From: Geopsychrobacteraceae bacterium | GTDB lineage: Bacteria > Desulfobacterota > Desulfuromonadia > Desulfuromonadales > Geopsychrobacteraceae | DNA: 64,000 bases | Reading direction: 5' to 3' | NCBI GenBank assembly: GCA_963676795.2 | Contig: CAXXTB010000002.1 | Coordinates: 1,600,001 to 1,664,000 of the forward strand | Part shown: positions 9,405 to 18,267 of the stretch, one piece after another | How positions within the stretch are numbered: position 1 is the stretch's first letter | Layout: each line of letters begins with the position of its first letter | The notes under the pieces: generated by a model | What the model was told of the DNA's origin: nothing | The model's database searches: none | Seen by the model: only the letters and a program-made list of their open reading frames with translations | Position numbers and translations under genes: made by a program

Positions 9405-12358
9405 GCTACGGCCTCCTCTTCGACATGCTTGCAAACTTCGATCATGCAGGAGTTGCCGGCCATGCTGTGTGATTTCTTTATGATCATGCGGCTCGGGGTC
9501 AGGGTGTTGACGCAGCCACCACGATCGATATTCTGGTTGTTTTCATTCTTGGAATCATAAACGGCGCATGATTCGTAGGAATGGATGGTTCCCGGGCGGA
9601 TCCGTTCGGAGACCTGGGCGGCGCAGATAACGGCGCCACGATCGTTGTAGAGCTTGATCAGGTCGTTGTGCTTGATCCCGCGGGCTACTGCGTCGACCGG
9701 ATTAATCCGTGCGACCCAGTAGTACCAGCCGTTGACCAGAACCCGGTGATCCTTGATGTCGTTGATGACCGAATCCTTGCCGTCGCCCATTGTGTGGAAG
9801 CTGAACTTCGGATGCGGAGAGATCATCTGCAGCGGGTATTTCTCCGAGCTGCCCGGACCCTCCCAGGAACGGCGATACTTCATGACCGGCAGACGTTCTT
9901 CATCATCCGGGGCAAAACGTTTGAGGCTTGAGGATTCAAACTCGATCTTGCCACTCTGGGTCTGCAGGCCGTTGCGGAAACCGTTGGCGTAATCGCCAGG
10001 CAGTGGAGTCGGATCAGGGGTATCCTTGGGACGGCCCTCATAGAACCAGTTGTAGGCGACCGGATCGCGACGATCTTCCGGCAGTGGCGGAATGACGTAG
10101 TAGCCCTTCTTCATGAACTTCTTCCAGGAGGTCGCTTTGGGCAGGTCAGTCCCCTCAAAGTAGCGCTTGCACCATTGCAGTTCGTCACTGCCTTCGCTGA
10201 AGACGCTGCCCAGGCCCAGGCGTTCTGCAAGCTCCAGGAAGATCTGGAAGTCCGACTTGGATTCCCCCAGCGGCTCGATACACTTGTGCTGGAGAACAGC
10301 GATCCGGTGATTATTCTGAATGAAGGAGTGGTTGATGTAACCACCGCAGTTGGCGTACTCGCCGATATCCCAGCGTTCGAAGTTAGTGCAGGCCGGCAGG
10401 ATGATGTCGGCGAACTTGGCTTCACCTTCGAACCAGATCGACTGGTTGACGACACACTCCAGGGTCTCGGACCGGTACATTTTAGCGTAACGGTTACTGT
10501 CGACCATGGTGCCGAAGTGGGAGCCGCCGTACTTGTAGTAGAGCGAGATCGGTGAATAGCCCGGGGCCGGGTACTCCATGCGCATAAACTGCCCCTCGAT
10601 GGTCTTAGGATCTGTCGGATAGCCTTCACAGTGCCCATCCAGGATCGCTTCCGGAATCTTAAGGCGCGGAATCGCCTGCTGAACCGTATTCATGGTCAAC
10701 AGGTGCGGCATGCGCTGATACATATTGACCGCAGCAGCCGTGCCATTGATGTCACCAGAGAAACCACCCTCGGAGTAACCCGGGAAGAAGAAGCGGGTGT
10801 CAACCGGGGTACCCATCTGCAGGCCGCCCATATTGACACCAGGCTTACCCAAGCCCTGCATCGCCATCAGGTAGACCATGCCGCGCGCCCAGTCGAGACC
10901 GGTCGCGGTCCGGCAGGCGCCACCGAAACCAACGATACCACCGGCATTCAGGTAGGTCTTCTTCTTGCCCCATTCACGGGCCAGGGCGCGAACGTCCTTG
11001 GCCGGAATGCCGGTTTCAGCTTCCTGCCATTCCGGAGTCTTCGGTATTCCGTCATCCTCACCGAGAACATGCTCAGCCCATTTTTCAAAGCCGGTGGTGC
11101 GCTTCGCGACATAGTCCTTGTCGTACAGATCTTCCGTGATCCAGACATAGGCCAGGGCGTGAATCAACGCATTGTCGGTACCCGGGCGAGGGGAGAGCCA
11201 CTTACCCGGAAAGCGGGCTGCCGTGTGATTCAGGTAAGGGTCAATATGGACAACCTTGATCCCCAGATCTTTGAGCCACTGACGACGGATGGTGCCGTCA
11301 CCGGCGGCATAGACGCCGCTGGTCGCTTCCGGATCACTCGACCAGAAAACCACCATCTCACAGTTCTTCAGGCAATCCTCAACGGTATTGAAGCCTTCGC
11401 TGCCACCGTTACGGGTGGAATGGCCCCAGTGGTGGGTTGCGCCCCAGAACCAGCCTTCCCAGGAGTCCGGGTTGTGCATGACCGGGGTAAAACCGATGGA
11501 GTTGAAAAAACGCAGACGGGCGCTCAGCCAGTAACCCAGGGCACCCCAGGTGTGGTGGGAACCGCTGCCGTTGAGGATGGCACCAGGACCATGCTTCTGC
11601 TTGGCACGGGTGATCTCACTGGCCACCAGGTCAAGAGCCTCATCCCAGCTGATCCTCTCGTAACCGGAGATCCCGCGGTTCTGCGGGTTGCGGTCGCCGT
11701 TCGGATCGAAGTCGACACGCTTCATCGGATAGAGCAGACGATCCTTGGAATAGATCATCGACTTCCAGGCCAGACCGTATGGACTACAGGTTCCTTTTTT
11801 AGGCGGACTGAATTTTTTGCCGCGGGCGGTGATAACCCATGGATCGGCATCTTCGCTGTCGAACTCGATAGGAGTAATGCGGAGGATCTTACCGTTTTTG
11901 ACATAGACAAAAACCGGACCGCCATTGGTGTTATTCGTGTAACGCTTGACCCCCTTGCCCATATCGGCACCGAACTCGTTGCGCAGTTCGAGCATGCTGT
12001 TCAGGGTTTCAGAGAGCCAGACGACGATCTCGTCCGGGCCGCTGACTTCGATCTGAAACTGCTTGGCGGCACTGACAAAATCGAGTTTGTTCAGGTTTGG
12101 TGAAAGCATGCGAGCTGCTGTTGCCGCATCTTCAAAGGACATGACCAGTTCAGCTTTTTTGTCGATCCCCGACTTGGATCTGAGCTTGCCATTGTTGAAG
12201 TAGAAGGTCCGCCCCTGACTGTTGTCACGCAGTTTGAGCTGAACGGATGTACTCTTCTCAGACAGACGCCGCTTGAATTCCGGTGAAAATTTACTTGCCA
12301 AACGGATGGTTTTCTCCATTCCGTAGAGCATAATGGACAATTTCGTTTTCTCTAGCAT
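9401..12358 (-). CDS. Pyrogallol:phloroglucinol transhydroxylase-like Mo-bis-PGD catalytic subunit (AthL-like) with ~135-aa N-terminal extension
   Basis: GGPVFVYVK..ITP, SHHTWG, HNPDSWEGW (Ser Mo ligand), VFWSSDPE, WARGM, ADIILPACTNFERWDI; no Tat signal. Confidence 0.88.
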   Translation of the reverse strand: MLEKTKLSIMLYGMEKTIRLASKFSPEFKRRLSEKSTSVQLKLRDNSQGRTFYFNNGKLRSKSGIDKKAELVMSFEDAATAARMLSPNLNKLDFVSAAKQFQIEVSGPDEIVVWLSETLNSMLELRNEFGADMGKGVKRYTNNTNGGPVFVYVKNGKILRITPIEFDSEDADPWVITARGKKFSPPKKGTCSPYGLAWKSMIYSKDRLLYPMKRVDFDPNGDRNPQNRGISGYERISWDEALDLVASEITRAKQKHGPGAILNGSGSHHTWGALGYWLSARLRFFNSIGFTPVMHNPDSWEGWFWGATHHWGHSTRNGGSEGFNTVEDCLKNCEMVVFWSSDPEATSGVYAAGDGTIRRQWLKDLGIKVVHIDPYLNHTAARFPGKWLSPRPGTDNALIHALAYVWITEDLYDKDYVAKRTTGFEKWAEHVLGEDDGIPKTPEWQEAETGIPAKDVRALAREWGKKKTYLNAGGIVGFGGACRTATGLDWARGMVYLMAMQGLGKPGVNMGGLQMGTPVDTRFFFPGYSEGGFSGDINGTAAAVNMYQRMPHLLTMNTVQQAIPRLKIPEAILDGHCEGYPTDPKTIEGQFMRMEYPAPGYSPISLYYKYGGSHFGTMVDSNRYAKMYRSETLECVVNQSIWFEGEAKFADIILPACTNFERWDIGEYANCGGYINHSFIQNNHRIAVLQHKCIEPLGESKSDFQIFLELAERLGLGSVFSEGSDELQWCKRYFEGTDLPKATSWKKFMKKGYYVIPPLPEDRRDPVAYNWFYEGRPKDTPDPTPLPGDYANGFRNGLQTQSGKIEFESSSLKRFAPDDEERLPVMKYRRSWEGPGSSEKYPLQMISPHPKFSFHTMGDGKDSVINDIKDHRVLVNGWYYWVARINPVDAVARGIKHNDLIKLYNDRGAVICAAQVSERIRPGTIHSYESCAVYDSKNENNQNIDRGGCVNTLTPSRMIIKKSHSMAGNSCMIEVCKHVEEEAVA

Positions 12359-12503
12359 AGGTATCCTCCATTGTCAGATAGGCTAATTACCTGACATTGT
12401 TTCCGTCTCAAAATGCTTAAACCAGCAAACGGCACTAACTCAGAGCCGACTTTTATAATTAAAAAACAATCATGTCAAAATTGAGTAAGCCATATAACCG
12501 TAA

Positions 12504-12534
12504 ATAGGTTAACTATCGATCGGTATACTGTCAA
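12504..12534 (-). promoter_or_regulatory. sigma70-type promoter of transhydroxylase-like operon with overlapping palindromes
   Basis: Minus strand TTGACA-17 nt-TAACCT; spacer contains near-palindrome TATACCGATCGATAG; ATAGGTTAACTAT overlaps the -10. Confidence 0.55.
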
Positions 12535-12972
12535 CGTTTTTTTTGTTGTTAAGATAGGTTTTGTTTTCCGTTCTTGGTTAGAAAAGTACTAGATCTTTCT
12601 ATGAGTTGCCTGAGTTTCAATATATGACACCAGTGTTCGATCAATGGAAATTTGATGACTAGATCGGTTCATATTCGTTCGATAGCTGAGATTGTTTGTC
12701 GATTAACGAAATAGATGGGGATAAAAGACTAGGGCACCAAGGAAAATCACACTCAACAGAACCAGCGGATCGATTTCTGACGACCGTTGACGGGGCAGTA
12801 CAGGTCTTTGACCTTGTCGCAGAGAAGTCTAGATCCATCACGCTATCAATTTGCGCTGTAGATGATCGGTAGGAACAAGTTCTTCGATACTGACGAATTC
12901 AAGTCCGATTTGCTTGTTGTCATCAACTCTAAGCATAACGGCAGCAAGCTGGATTTTGGTCAGTAAAAACAG

Positions 12973-13001
12973 AAAATCCCCGCCTAAATGGCGGGGATTT
13001 T
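12973..13001. terminator. Bidirectional intrinsic terminator
   Basis: AAAATCCCCGCC-TAAAT-GGCGGGGATTTT. Confidence 0.8.
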
Positions 13002-13080
13002 GTCAGCAATCAGAACTGTCAAAGACGGCTTTTATTATATGAATGCAAGTAACAGATTACTTCATGGAATTGTTACAAAT

Positions 13081-13200
13081 TCATCTTTTGTTTGTGCGTA
13101 GCAACGATGAAGCTGTCATAGACCAGATTCGAAATGCAATATGGAATGAAAAAATAGTGGCAAGTGAAATTAGGCCGGAAAATACTCTATTCAGTGTCAT
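13081..13200 (-). CDS. Putative 39-aa small hydrophobic protein (below ORF-track cutoff)
   Basis: MTLNRVFSGLISLATIFSFHIAFRIWSMTASSLLRTNKR; AGGAGGAG RBS at 13205-13212; terminator 80 nt downstream. Confidence 0.55.
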   Translation of the reverse strand: MTLNRVFSGLISLATIFSFHIAFRIWSMTASSLLRTNKR

Positions 13201-13527
13201 AATTCTCCTCCTGTGTTTCTTTAAGAGAAATATTGTTGTGATAAAAGAAACATATCAAAGTTTTTAAACGAATGCAACTACTCACTTGCATTAAATGATA
13301 GCATTTTTCTTCATTTGCAAAAGAGTGCTTTATCTCAATTAATACAAGGTGATTAACTGCTTGTTATGACATGCCCACAAATTGTTGTTGGTCGCTAGAA
13401 TCATGGGGTAACCAGCGCAAAAAAGTTGAATTGGAGATGCGAGACGAGTTGGAGGCAGGGCAATCATTTAGCGAATAAGTCGCTGTTTTTTTTAAGGTGT
13501 AGATGAAGGGCGGCGATTATTATCAAT

Positions 13528-13962
13528 CTATTGATTCAGATTTTTCGTGATCTCACGAATAATTTTTTTAAGCGCTTCGAGATCACTATTATCGATGCCG
13601 TTACTCATCCGGCCTATATTAGCCTTGGCAAAAGGGATCAGGTCTTGCTGGAGCTTACGTCCTTCTTCTGTCAGATAAACGCAATTATAGCGTCCATCCA
13701 ACGGGTTGGTTTCGCGATAGACGAGGCCACGTTTTTCCAGTTTTTTGAGTAAATTCATGGTCGATACCTTACTGCGACCATAACGATCAGCCAGATCCTG
13801 CTGGGAGATGCCATCTTGATGGGCAAGATGGACAAGAATATTCCATTGTTCCTGAGTGACATCGAATCCGGCCATGCTAAAAGTAGCGTTAAGGCTTTCA
13901 CGCATACACTTTACACATGTTGCCATCAGCATTGGAAATGACTCATCGATGTCATATTTCAT
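13528..13962 (-). CDS. MarR family transcriptional regulator (paralogue 2)
   Basis: Same signature as 1456-1899 with long identical stretches (LADRYGRSKVSTMNLLKKLEK, RYNCVYLT). Confidence 0.92.
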   Translation of the reverse strand: MKYDIDESFPMLMATCVKCMRESLNATFSMAGFDVTQEQWNILVHLAHQDGISQQDLADRYGRSKVSTMNLLKKLEKRGLVYRETNPLDGRYNCVYLTEEGRKLQQDLIPFAKANIGRMSNGIDNSDLEALKKIIREITKNLNQ

Positions 13963-14068
13963 ATAGATTAAACCAGTTTTATGTGTTGATTTGCGTTAAT
14001 GGCATTACTGTCTGTTTATTAACCTGTGTTCTATGAGTTGTCAATCATAAGTTCTTATGTGAAAACAA

Positions 14069-14749
14069 TTATTTACTTATCTCATACCTGTGATTTAGCC
14101 AGTCGTAAATCCCGTAACGAAGATTGTAGATACGCTTAAATCCGCTGTTAATCATGATTCGGGCGGCAACAGTACTGCGATTCCCGGAAGCGCAGTAGAC
14201 AAAAACATCCTGGTGTTTGAACTCATCAAGTTCCGTGAGTCTGGATTCCAGTTCTTGAACAGGGATCAGGACCGCATCCTTGATATGGCCGCGAGCGAAT
14301 TCCATTCTTGTTCTGACGTCAAGGATCAACGGCCTGGTATTCTGCAGAAGATGATAGGCCGACGCAGCATCAAGTTCAGTATAGGATGGAGAGCTGTAAT
14401 CGATGACTTCAAAGGTTCCCGATGCATCGCCAGCCGTGAAGGGAAAGCGGCCGGTATTTTTGAGCTTGATGTAATTCGCTTCAGGTTCTGGGACTGGAAA
14501 AGATTTTTTGATATCCAGGTCTGGCATGGAAATCACAAAGCTATCCGTTCCCTTCAGTAGGGGGCGGATATAATCACCCCTGAAAACCCTGATCTGATTA
14601 TCGCTGCCCGGATGAAGCTGAACAGAACGGATGCCCTGCCTGATGACACCTGATGTCATCTGTTCCTGAGCCAGTGTGAGACCTGATAAGATGTGCACAA
14701 AGAGAGCAAGGCCAAAAATTATAGCAAAAATTATACGATTTTGTTTCAT
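14069..14749 (-). CDS. Exported rhodanese-domain protein
   Basis: N-terminal signal-like segment; ILDVRT..EF..GHIKDA, VYCASGNRS active-site loop. Confidence 0.85.
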   Translation of the reverse strand: MKQNRIIFAIIFGLALFVHILSGLTLAQEQMTSGVIRQGIRSVQLHPGSDNQIRVFRGDYIRPLLKGTDSFVISMPDLDIKKSFPVPEPEANYIKLKNTGRFPFTAGDASGTFEVIDYSSPSYTELDAASAYHLLQNTRPLILDVRTRMEFARGHIKDAVLIPVQELESRLTELDEFKHQDVFVYCASGNRSTVAARIMINSGFKRIYNLRYGIYDWLNHRYEISK

Positions 14750-14990
14750 CGCTTGATTCCTTGAGTGTTTTTATGACAAATTTACCCATGGTTTTGAGTA
14801 AACGTGGTAATTCACGGGTTTACTCTTTGACGAACGGGCCGGGCAACGGTTGGTCTGTTGCCGTTGACACTGTTTTTTAACAAACAGCAATAAATTTGAT
14901 CTGGTTATCCGATTCGTTCAAGTTGAACAGACACTGGAGCCAAGCAGATAACCGGAAAACTCGATATCAAGATAACAGAAATATTGTTTT

Positions 14991-15173
14991 ATGTCCGATT
15001 TACAAATCAAATGCCCTCGTTGTGGGATCAAGAGCGCTTGGCAGAACAATCCGTCTCGTCCTTTTTGCAGCGAAAAATGTCGACAGATAGACCTTGGTCA
15101 TTGGGCAGAAGAAAGTTACGCAATTGATGGCGGCCAGGCGCCGAGCAAAGAAAACGAGGATTCATATTTTTGA
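14991..15173 (+). CDS. yacG: DNA gyrase inhibitor YacG
   Basis: CPRC..W..NP.RPFCSEKCRQIDLGHWAEESY. Confidence 0.92.
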   Translation: MSDLQIKCPRCGIKSAWQNNPSRPFCSEKCRQIDLGHWAEESYAIDGGQAPSKENEDSYF

Positions 15174-15199
15174 GTCCCGTTATTACACAGGAGTAATAG

Positions 15200-15571
15200 A
15201 TGTACCATTTGACAATACTGACTCATTTCGCAGCAGCGCATAATCTTTTGAATTATCAGGGAGACTGTGAAAATCTTCACGGGCATAACTGGCGTGTTGA
15301 AGTGACGGTTACTGCGACTGAGCTCGATGATGCCGGCCTTGGTATCGATTTCAAGATATTGAAAAAGCATTCAAATGAGGTAATGGACTATCTTGATCAC
15401 AAGTATCTGAATGATCTTGATGCCTTTAAAGGTCTGAGCCCATCCTCTGAGCGAATAGCAAAATTTATCTACGAAAGACTGGAAACCAGTCTGGCAGATT
15501 ATTCGGCAAAAATGGAAAAAGTTACCGTTTGGGAGTCAGATAACGCTTATGCCACTTATACCGCCGACTGA
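15200..15571 (+). CDS. queD: 6-carboxytetrahydropterin synthase
   Basis: FAAAH.L..YQGDCENLHGHNW, GIDF, LDHKYLN, PSSE, VWES. Confidence 0.95.
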   Translation: MYHLTILTHFAAAHNLLNYQGDCENLHGHNWRVEVTVTATELDDAGLGIDFKILKKHSNEVMDYLDHKYLNDLDAFKGLSPSSERIAKFIYERLETSLADYSAKMEKVTVWESDNAYATYTAD

Positions 15572-16298
15572 CCTGATTGAAATTTTTTCTTCAATTCAGG
15601 GGGAGGGGCTGCACGTCGGGTTGAGACAGGTTTTCATACGTTTCCCTGATTGCAACCTGCACTGCAATTACTGCGATACCAACTTTCAGCGATCTGCAAC
15701 CTGCCAGGTCGAAAAAGATCCCGGCAGTGGTGAGCTGGTTGAATGGGAGAATCCTGTTGCCCTGGCCCGGGTTGTTGACCTGTTGAAGCGCTGGACAAAG
15801 CGGCTGCCTGGGACCCATCATTCGATCAGCATTACTGGCGGCGAACCCCTGCTGCATGCCGATCTGCTCCAGGAATGGCTGCCCGATCTGGTGAAGGTCT
15901 TGCCGGTCTACCTGGAGACCAATGGTATCATGGCCGCAGAACTTGAAAAAATCATCGATCTGCTCGATTGGGTATCGATGGATATCAAGCTTCATTCCCA
16001 AACCGGCGAACGTTCTGACTGGCAGGCACATCGCGAGTTCCTTCAGATTGCCAATCGGGTCAACAGCTATGTCAAAGTTGTTGTCGGTCCGGAGACGACG
16101 GATCTTGAACTGCAGCTCAGTGCTGACCTGGTCAGTACCGTCGATAGCTCGATCCCTATTATTATCCAACCGGTCACCAGGGAGAATCAGGTCGGTATCA
16201 AGGTGAAACGCCTTCTGCAGATGCAGGCGCTGATGTGCGAGATTCATCCGCATGTCAGAGTTATTCCGCAGACGCATGTCTTTCTCGGAGCATTGTGA
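15549..16298 (+). CDS. queE: 7-carboxy-7-deazaguanine synthase (radical SAM)
   Basis: EIFSSIQGEG, CNLHCNYCDT, ITGGEPLL, LETNG, RVIPQTH. Confidence 0.93.
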   Translation: MPLIPPTDLIEIFSSIQGEGLHVGLRQVFIRFPDCNLHCNYCDTNFQRSATCQVEKDPGSGELVEWENPVALARVVDLLKRWTKRLPGTHHSISITGGEPLLHADLLQEWLPDLVKVLPVYLETNGIMAAELEKIIDLLDWVSMDIKLHSQTGERSDWQAHREFLQIANRVNSYVKVVVGPETTDLELQLSADLVSTVDSSIPIIIQPVTRENQVGIKVKRLLQMQALMCEIHPHVRVIPQTHVFLGAL

Positions 16299-16300
16299 AG

Positions 16301-17020
16301 ATGATCATATCTGAAATGACGATGCAGGAATTTGAGGACGGTCTGGGGAAAACCCTGACCGTCCTCATTCCTTTCGGTTCGACGGAAGAACATGGCCGGC
16401 ATTTACCGCTAGATACCGATACCCTTCAGGCAATAAGCGTTGGCCGTAAAGCATCTGCACTGCGGCCATTGTTTGTGGCGCCCCCGGTTCACTACGGCGT
16501 CTGCCGTTCGAGTCATGATCACAGTGGCACCCTGAGTATTACCACCGCGACTCTCAAGGCCCTGACCCTGGATATTTCCAGGGCGCTCTACCGGCAAGGT
16601 TTACGTCACTTTATTTTTCTCAGTGGACACGCCGGAGGGACTCACATGGCGGGACTGACCGATGCCGGGGAGGAGTTACTCAGGGAATTTCCGGATATCA
16701 AGGTTGCGGTTCTGACTGAATATCTGCTGGCCGCTGAAAGCGGTCGCCATCTGATCGAAACCGCAGGAGATTCTCACGCCGGCGAGATCGAGACCTCGCG
16801 CATCCTGCATTCCCATCCGCACCTCGTCAAAGGGGCGGCTGCTGCTGAATATCCCAGCTTTCCTGCGGGAATCCTGGTGCGGAACAAGAGAAAATTCTGG
16901 CCGGGTGGCGTCTGGGGGGATCCGACTAGGGCCAGCGCCGAGAAGGGGGCCCAGATTGAGAGCCTGGTTATTGAAAAACTCGTCGAATTTATCGATTTCT
17001 TTAAAGCCTGGCAGGAATAG
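16301..17020 (+). CDS. Creatininase/amidohydrolase family protein
   Basis: PFGSTEEHGRHLPLDTD, SGHAGG, DSHAGEIETS, GVWGDP. Confidence 0.88.
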   Translation: MIISEMTMQEFEDGLGKTLTVLIPFGSTEEHGRHLPLDTDTLQAISVGRKASALRPLFVAPPVHYGVCRSSHDHSGTLSITTATLKALTLDISRALYRQGLRHFIFLSGHAGGTHMAGLTDAGEELLREFPDIKVAVLTEYLLAAESGRHLIETAGDSHAGEIETSRILHSHPHLVKGAAAAEYPSFPAGILVRNKRKFWPGGVWGDPTRASAEKGAQIESLVIEKLVEFIDFFKAWQE

Positions 17021-17068
17021 ATCCACCCTGCCGGGCCATAAATGCTTGTGAAGCGCTGCCTGCCAGAA

Positions 17069-17560
17069 TCAGATGTGACCGAATTTCTTGAGCACTTCCT
17101 CTTTGACCAGTGGCGGGACGAACTTGCTGATATCGCCCTTGAGTCGTCCGACCTCCTTGACGATCGACGAACTTAAATAGGCGCACTCCGGTGAGGTCAT
17201 CATAAACAGGGTCTCTACCTGCTCGCAGACCGTGTGGTTCATCTGGGCCAGCTGGAATTCGAATTCGAAATCGGTCACGGCCCGCAAACCCCGAAGAATG
17301 ACTCTGGCTCCTTTGGAGATAACGTAATCGACGAGCAGGCCATCAAAGGTTTCGACGCTCAGGCGCGGGTCGTCTTTGGTCAGGCGCCTGATCATATCAA
17401 TCCGCTCATCAATGGAGAAAAGACTGCCTTTTTTTTCGCCGTTTGTCGCAACAGCAATAATAACGGAATCAAAAATCTCAAGCCCGCGGCGAACGATATC
17501 GAGATGGCCGTTGGTGAAAGGATCAAAAGAGCCCGGGTAAATAGCTGCGTGTCGTTTCAT
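17069..17560 (-). CDS. coaD: Pantetheine-phosphate adenylyltransferase
   Basis: AIYPGSFDPFTNGHLDI, LRGLRAVTDFEFE, LSSSIVKE. Confidence 0.97.
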   Translation of the reverse strand: MKRHAAIYPGSFDPFTNGHLDIVRRGLEIFDSVIIAVATNGEKKGSLFSIDERIDMIRRLTKDDPRLSVETFDGLLVDYVISKGARVILRGLRAVTDFEFEFQLAQMNHTVCEQVETLFMMTSPECAYLSSSIVKEVGRLKGDISKFVPPLVKEEVLKKFGHI

Positions 17561-17569
17561 TCTGGTTCC

Positions 17570-18124
17570 TTAAGCTTTGCCATACAGGCGGATACGGGTC
17601 TGGCCATAATTCCGATCATCCAGCAACGAAAATTCGCCCTGATAGTCAATTAATTCTTTACGGGAAGACTCGGCGCAGATTATTCCATTTTCTGCAAGCA
17701 GATTCAAGGTTTCGATCAGCCTCAAGACTTCCGGAATCAGATCTTTGTTGTAGGGGGGGTCGAGCAGAATCAGATCATAGGGGCCGGTTTCCACTGTTTT
17801 TGCCAGGCAGCTATAAACGTCTCCCTGTATGAAGCGGACCTGGTTCTCCATGCGACAACGGACAATGTTGTCCCGAATCACCCGGGCTGCATCGGGACCG
17901 TTGTCGATCAGGACCGCGCTCTCGGCGCCACGACTGAGCGCTTCAAGGGATTGGGCTCCACTGCCGGCAAACAGCTCAAGGACCCTGATGTTGCTGAAAC
18001 TCCCCAGACGACTGGTTAGGATGCTGAACAGAGCCTCTCGAACCCGATCCGGGGTCGGTCTGATATTTTTACCTTCGAACCCGGCAAGCTGTTTACCGCG
18101 AACTGTTCCACTGATAATACGCAT
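17570..18124 (-). CDS. rsmD: 16S rRNA m2G966 methyltransferase
   Basis: MRIISG..RG, RPTPDRVREALF, LFAGSG, DPPY; start refined to 18124. Confidence 0.94.
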   Translation of the reverse strand: MRIISGTVRGKQLAGFEGKNIRPTPDRVREALFSILTSRLGSFSNIRVLELFAGSGAQSLEALSRGAESAVLIDNGPDAARVIRDNIVRCRMENQVRFIQGDVYSCLAKTVETGPYDLILLDPPYNKDLIPEVLRLIETLNLLAENGIICAESSRKELIDYQGEFSLLDDRNYGQTRIRLYGKA

Positions 18125-18267
18125 TAGTCCCTTCCTTTTATCCGTGTCGTTACTAAACCGACTGGGCAGGGGCTGGCAAGTAAAAACAGAAGAAAAACAG
18201 TCATGCGACATATTGTGACACACTGGCAGGTTATTTATGACTGTATTATAACGCAGACGGAGGAACT

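Noticed and set aside
10631..12103. 490-aa plus-strand ORF
   Set aside because: Antisense shadow of the Mo-enzyme gene; no motifs; expected in GC-rich coding DNA
12640..12960. Short ORFs in the spacer upstream of the Mo enzyme
   Set aside because: No RBS, motif or recognisable homology
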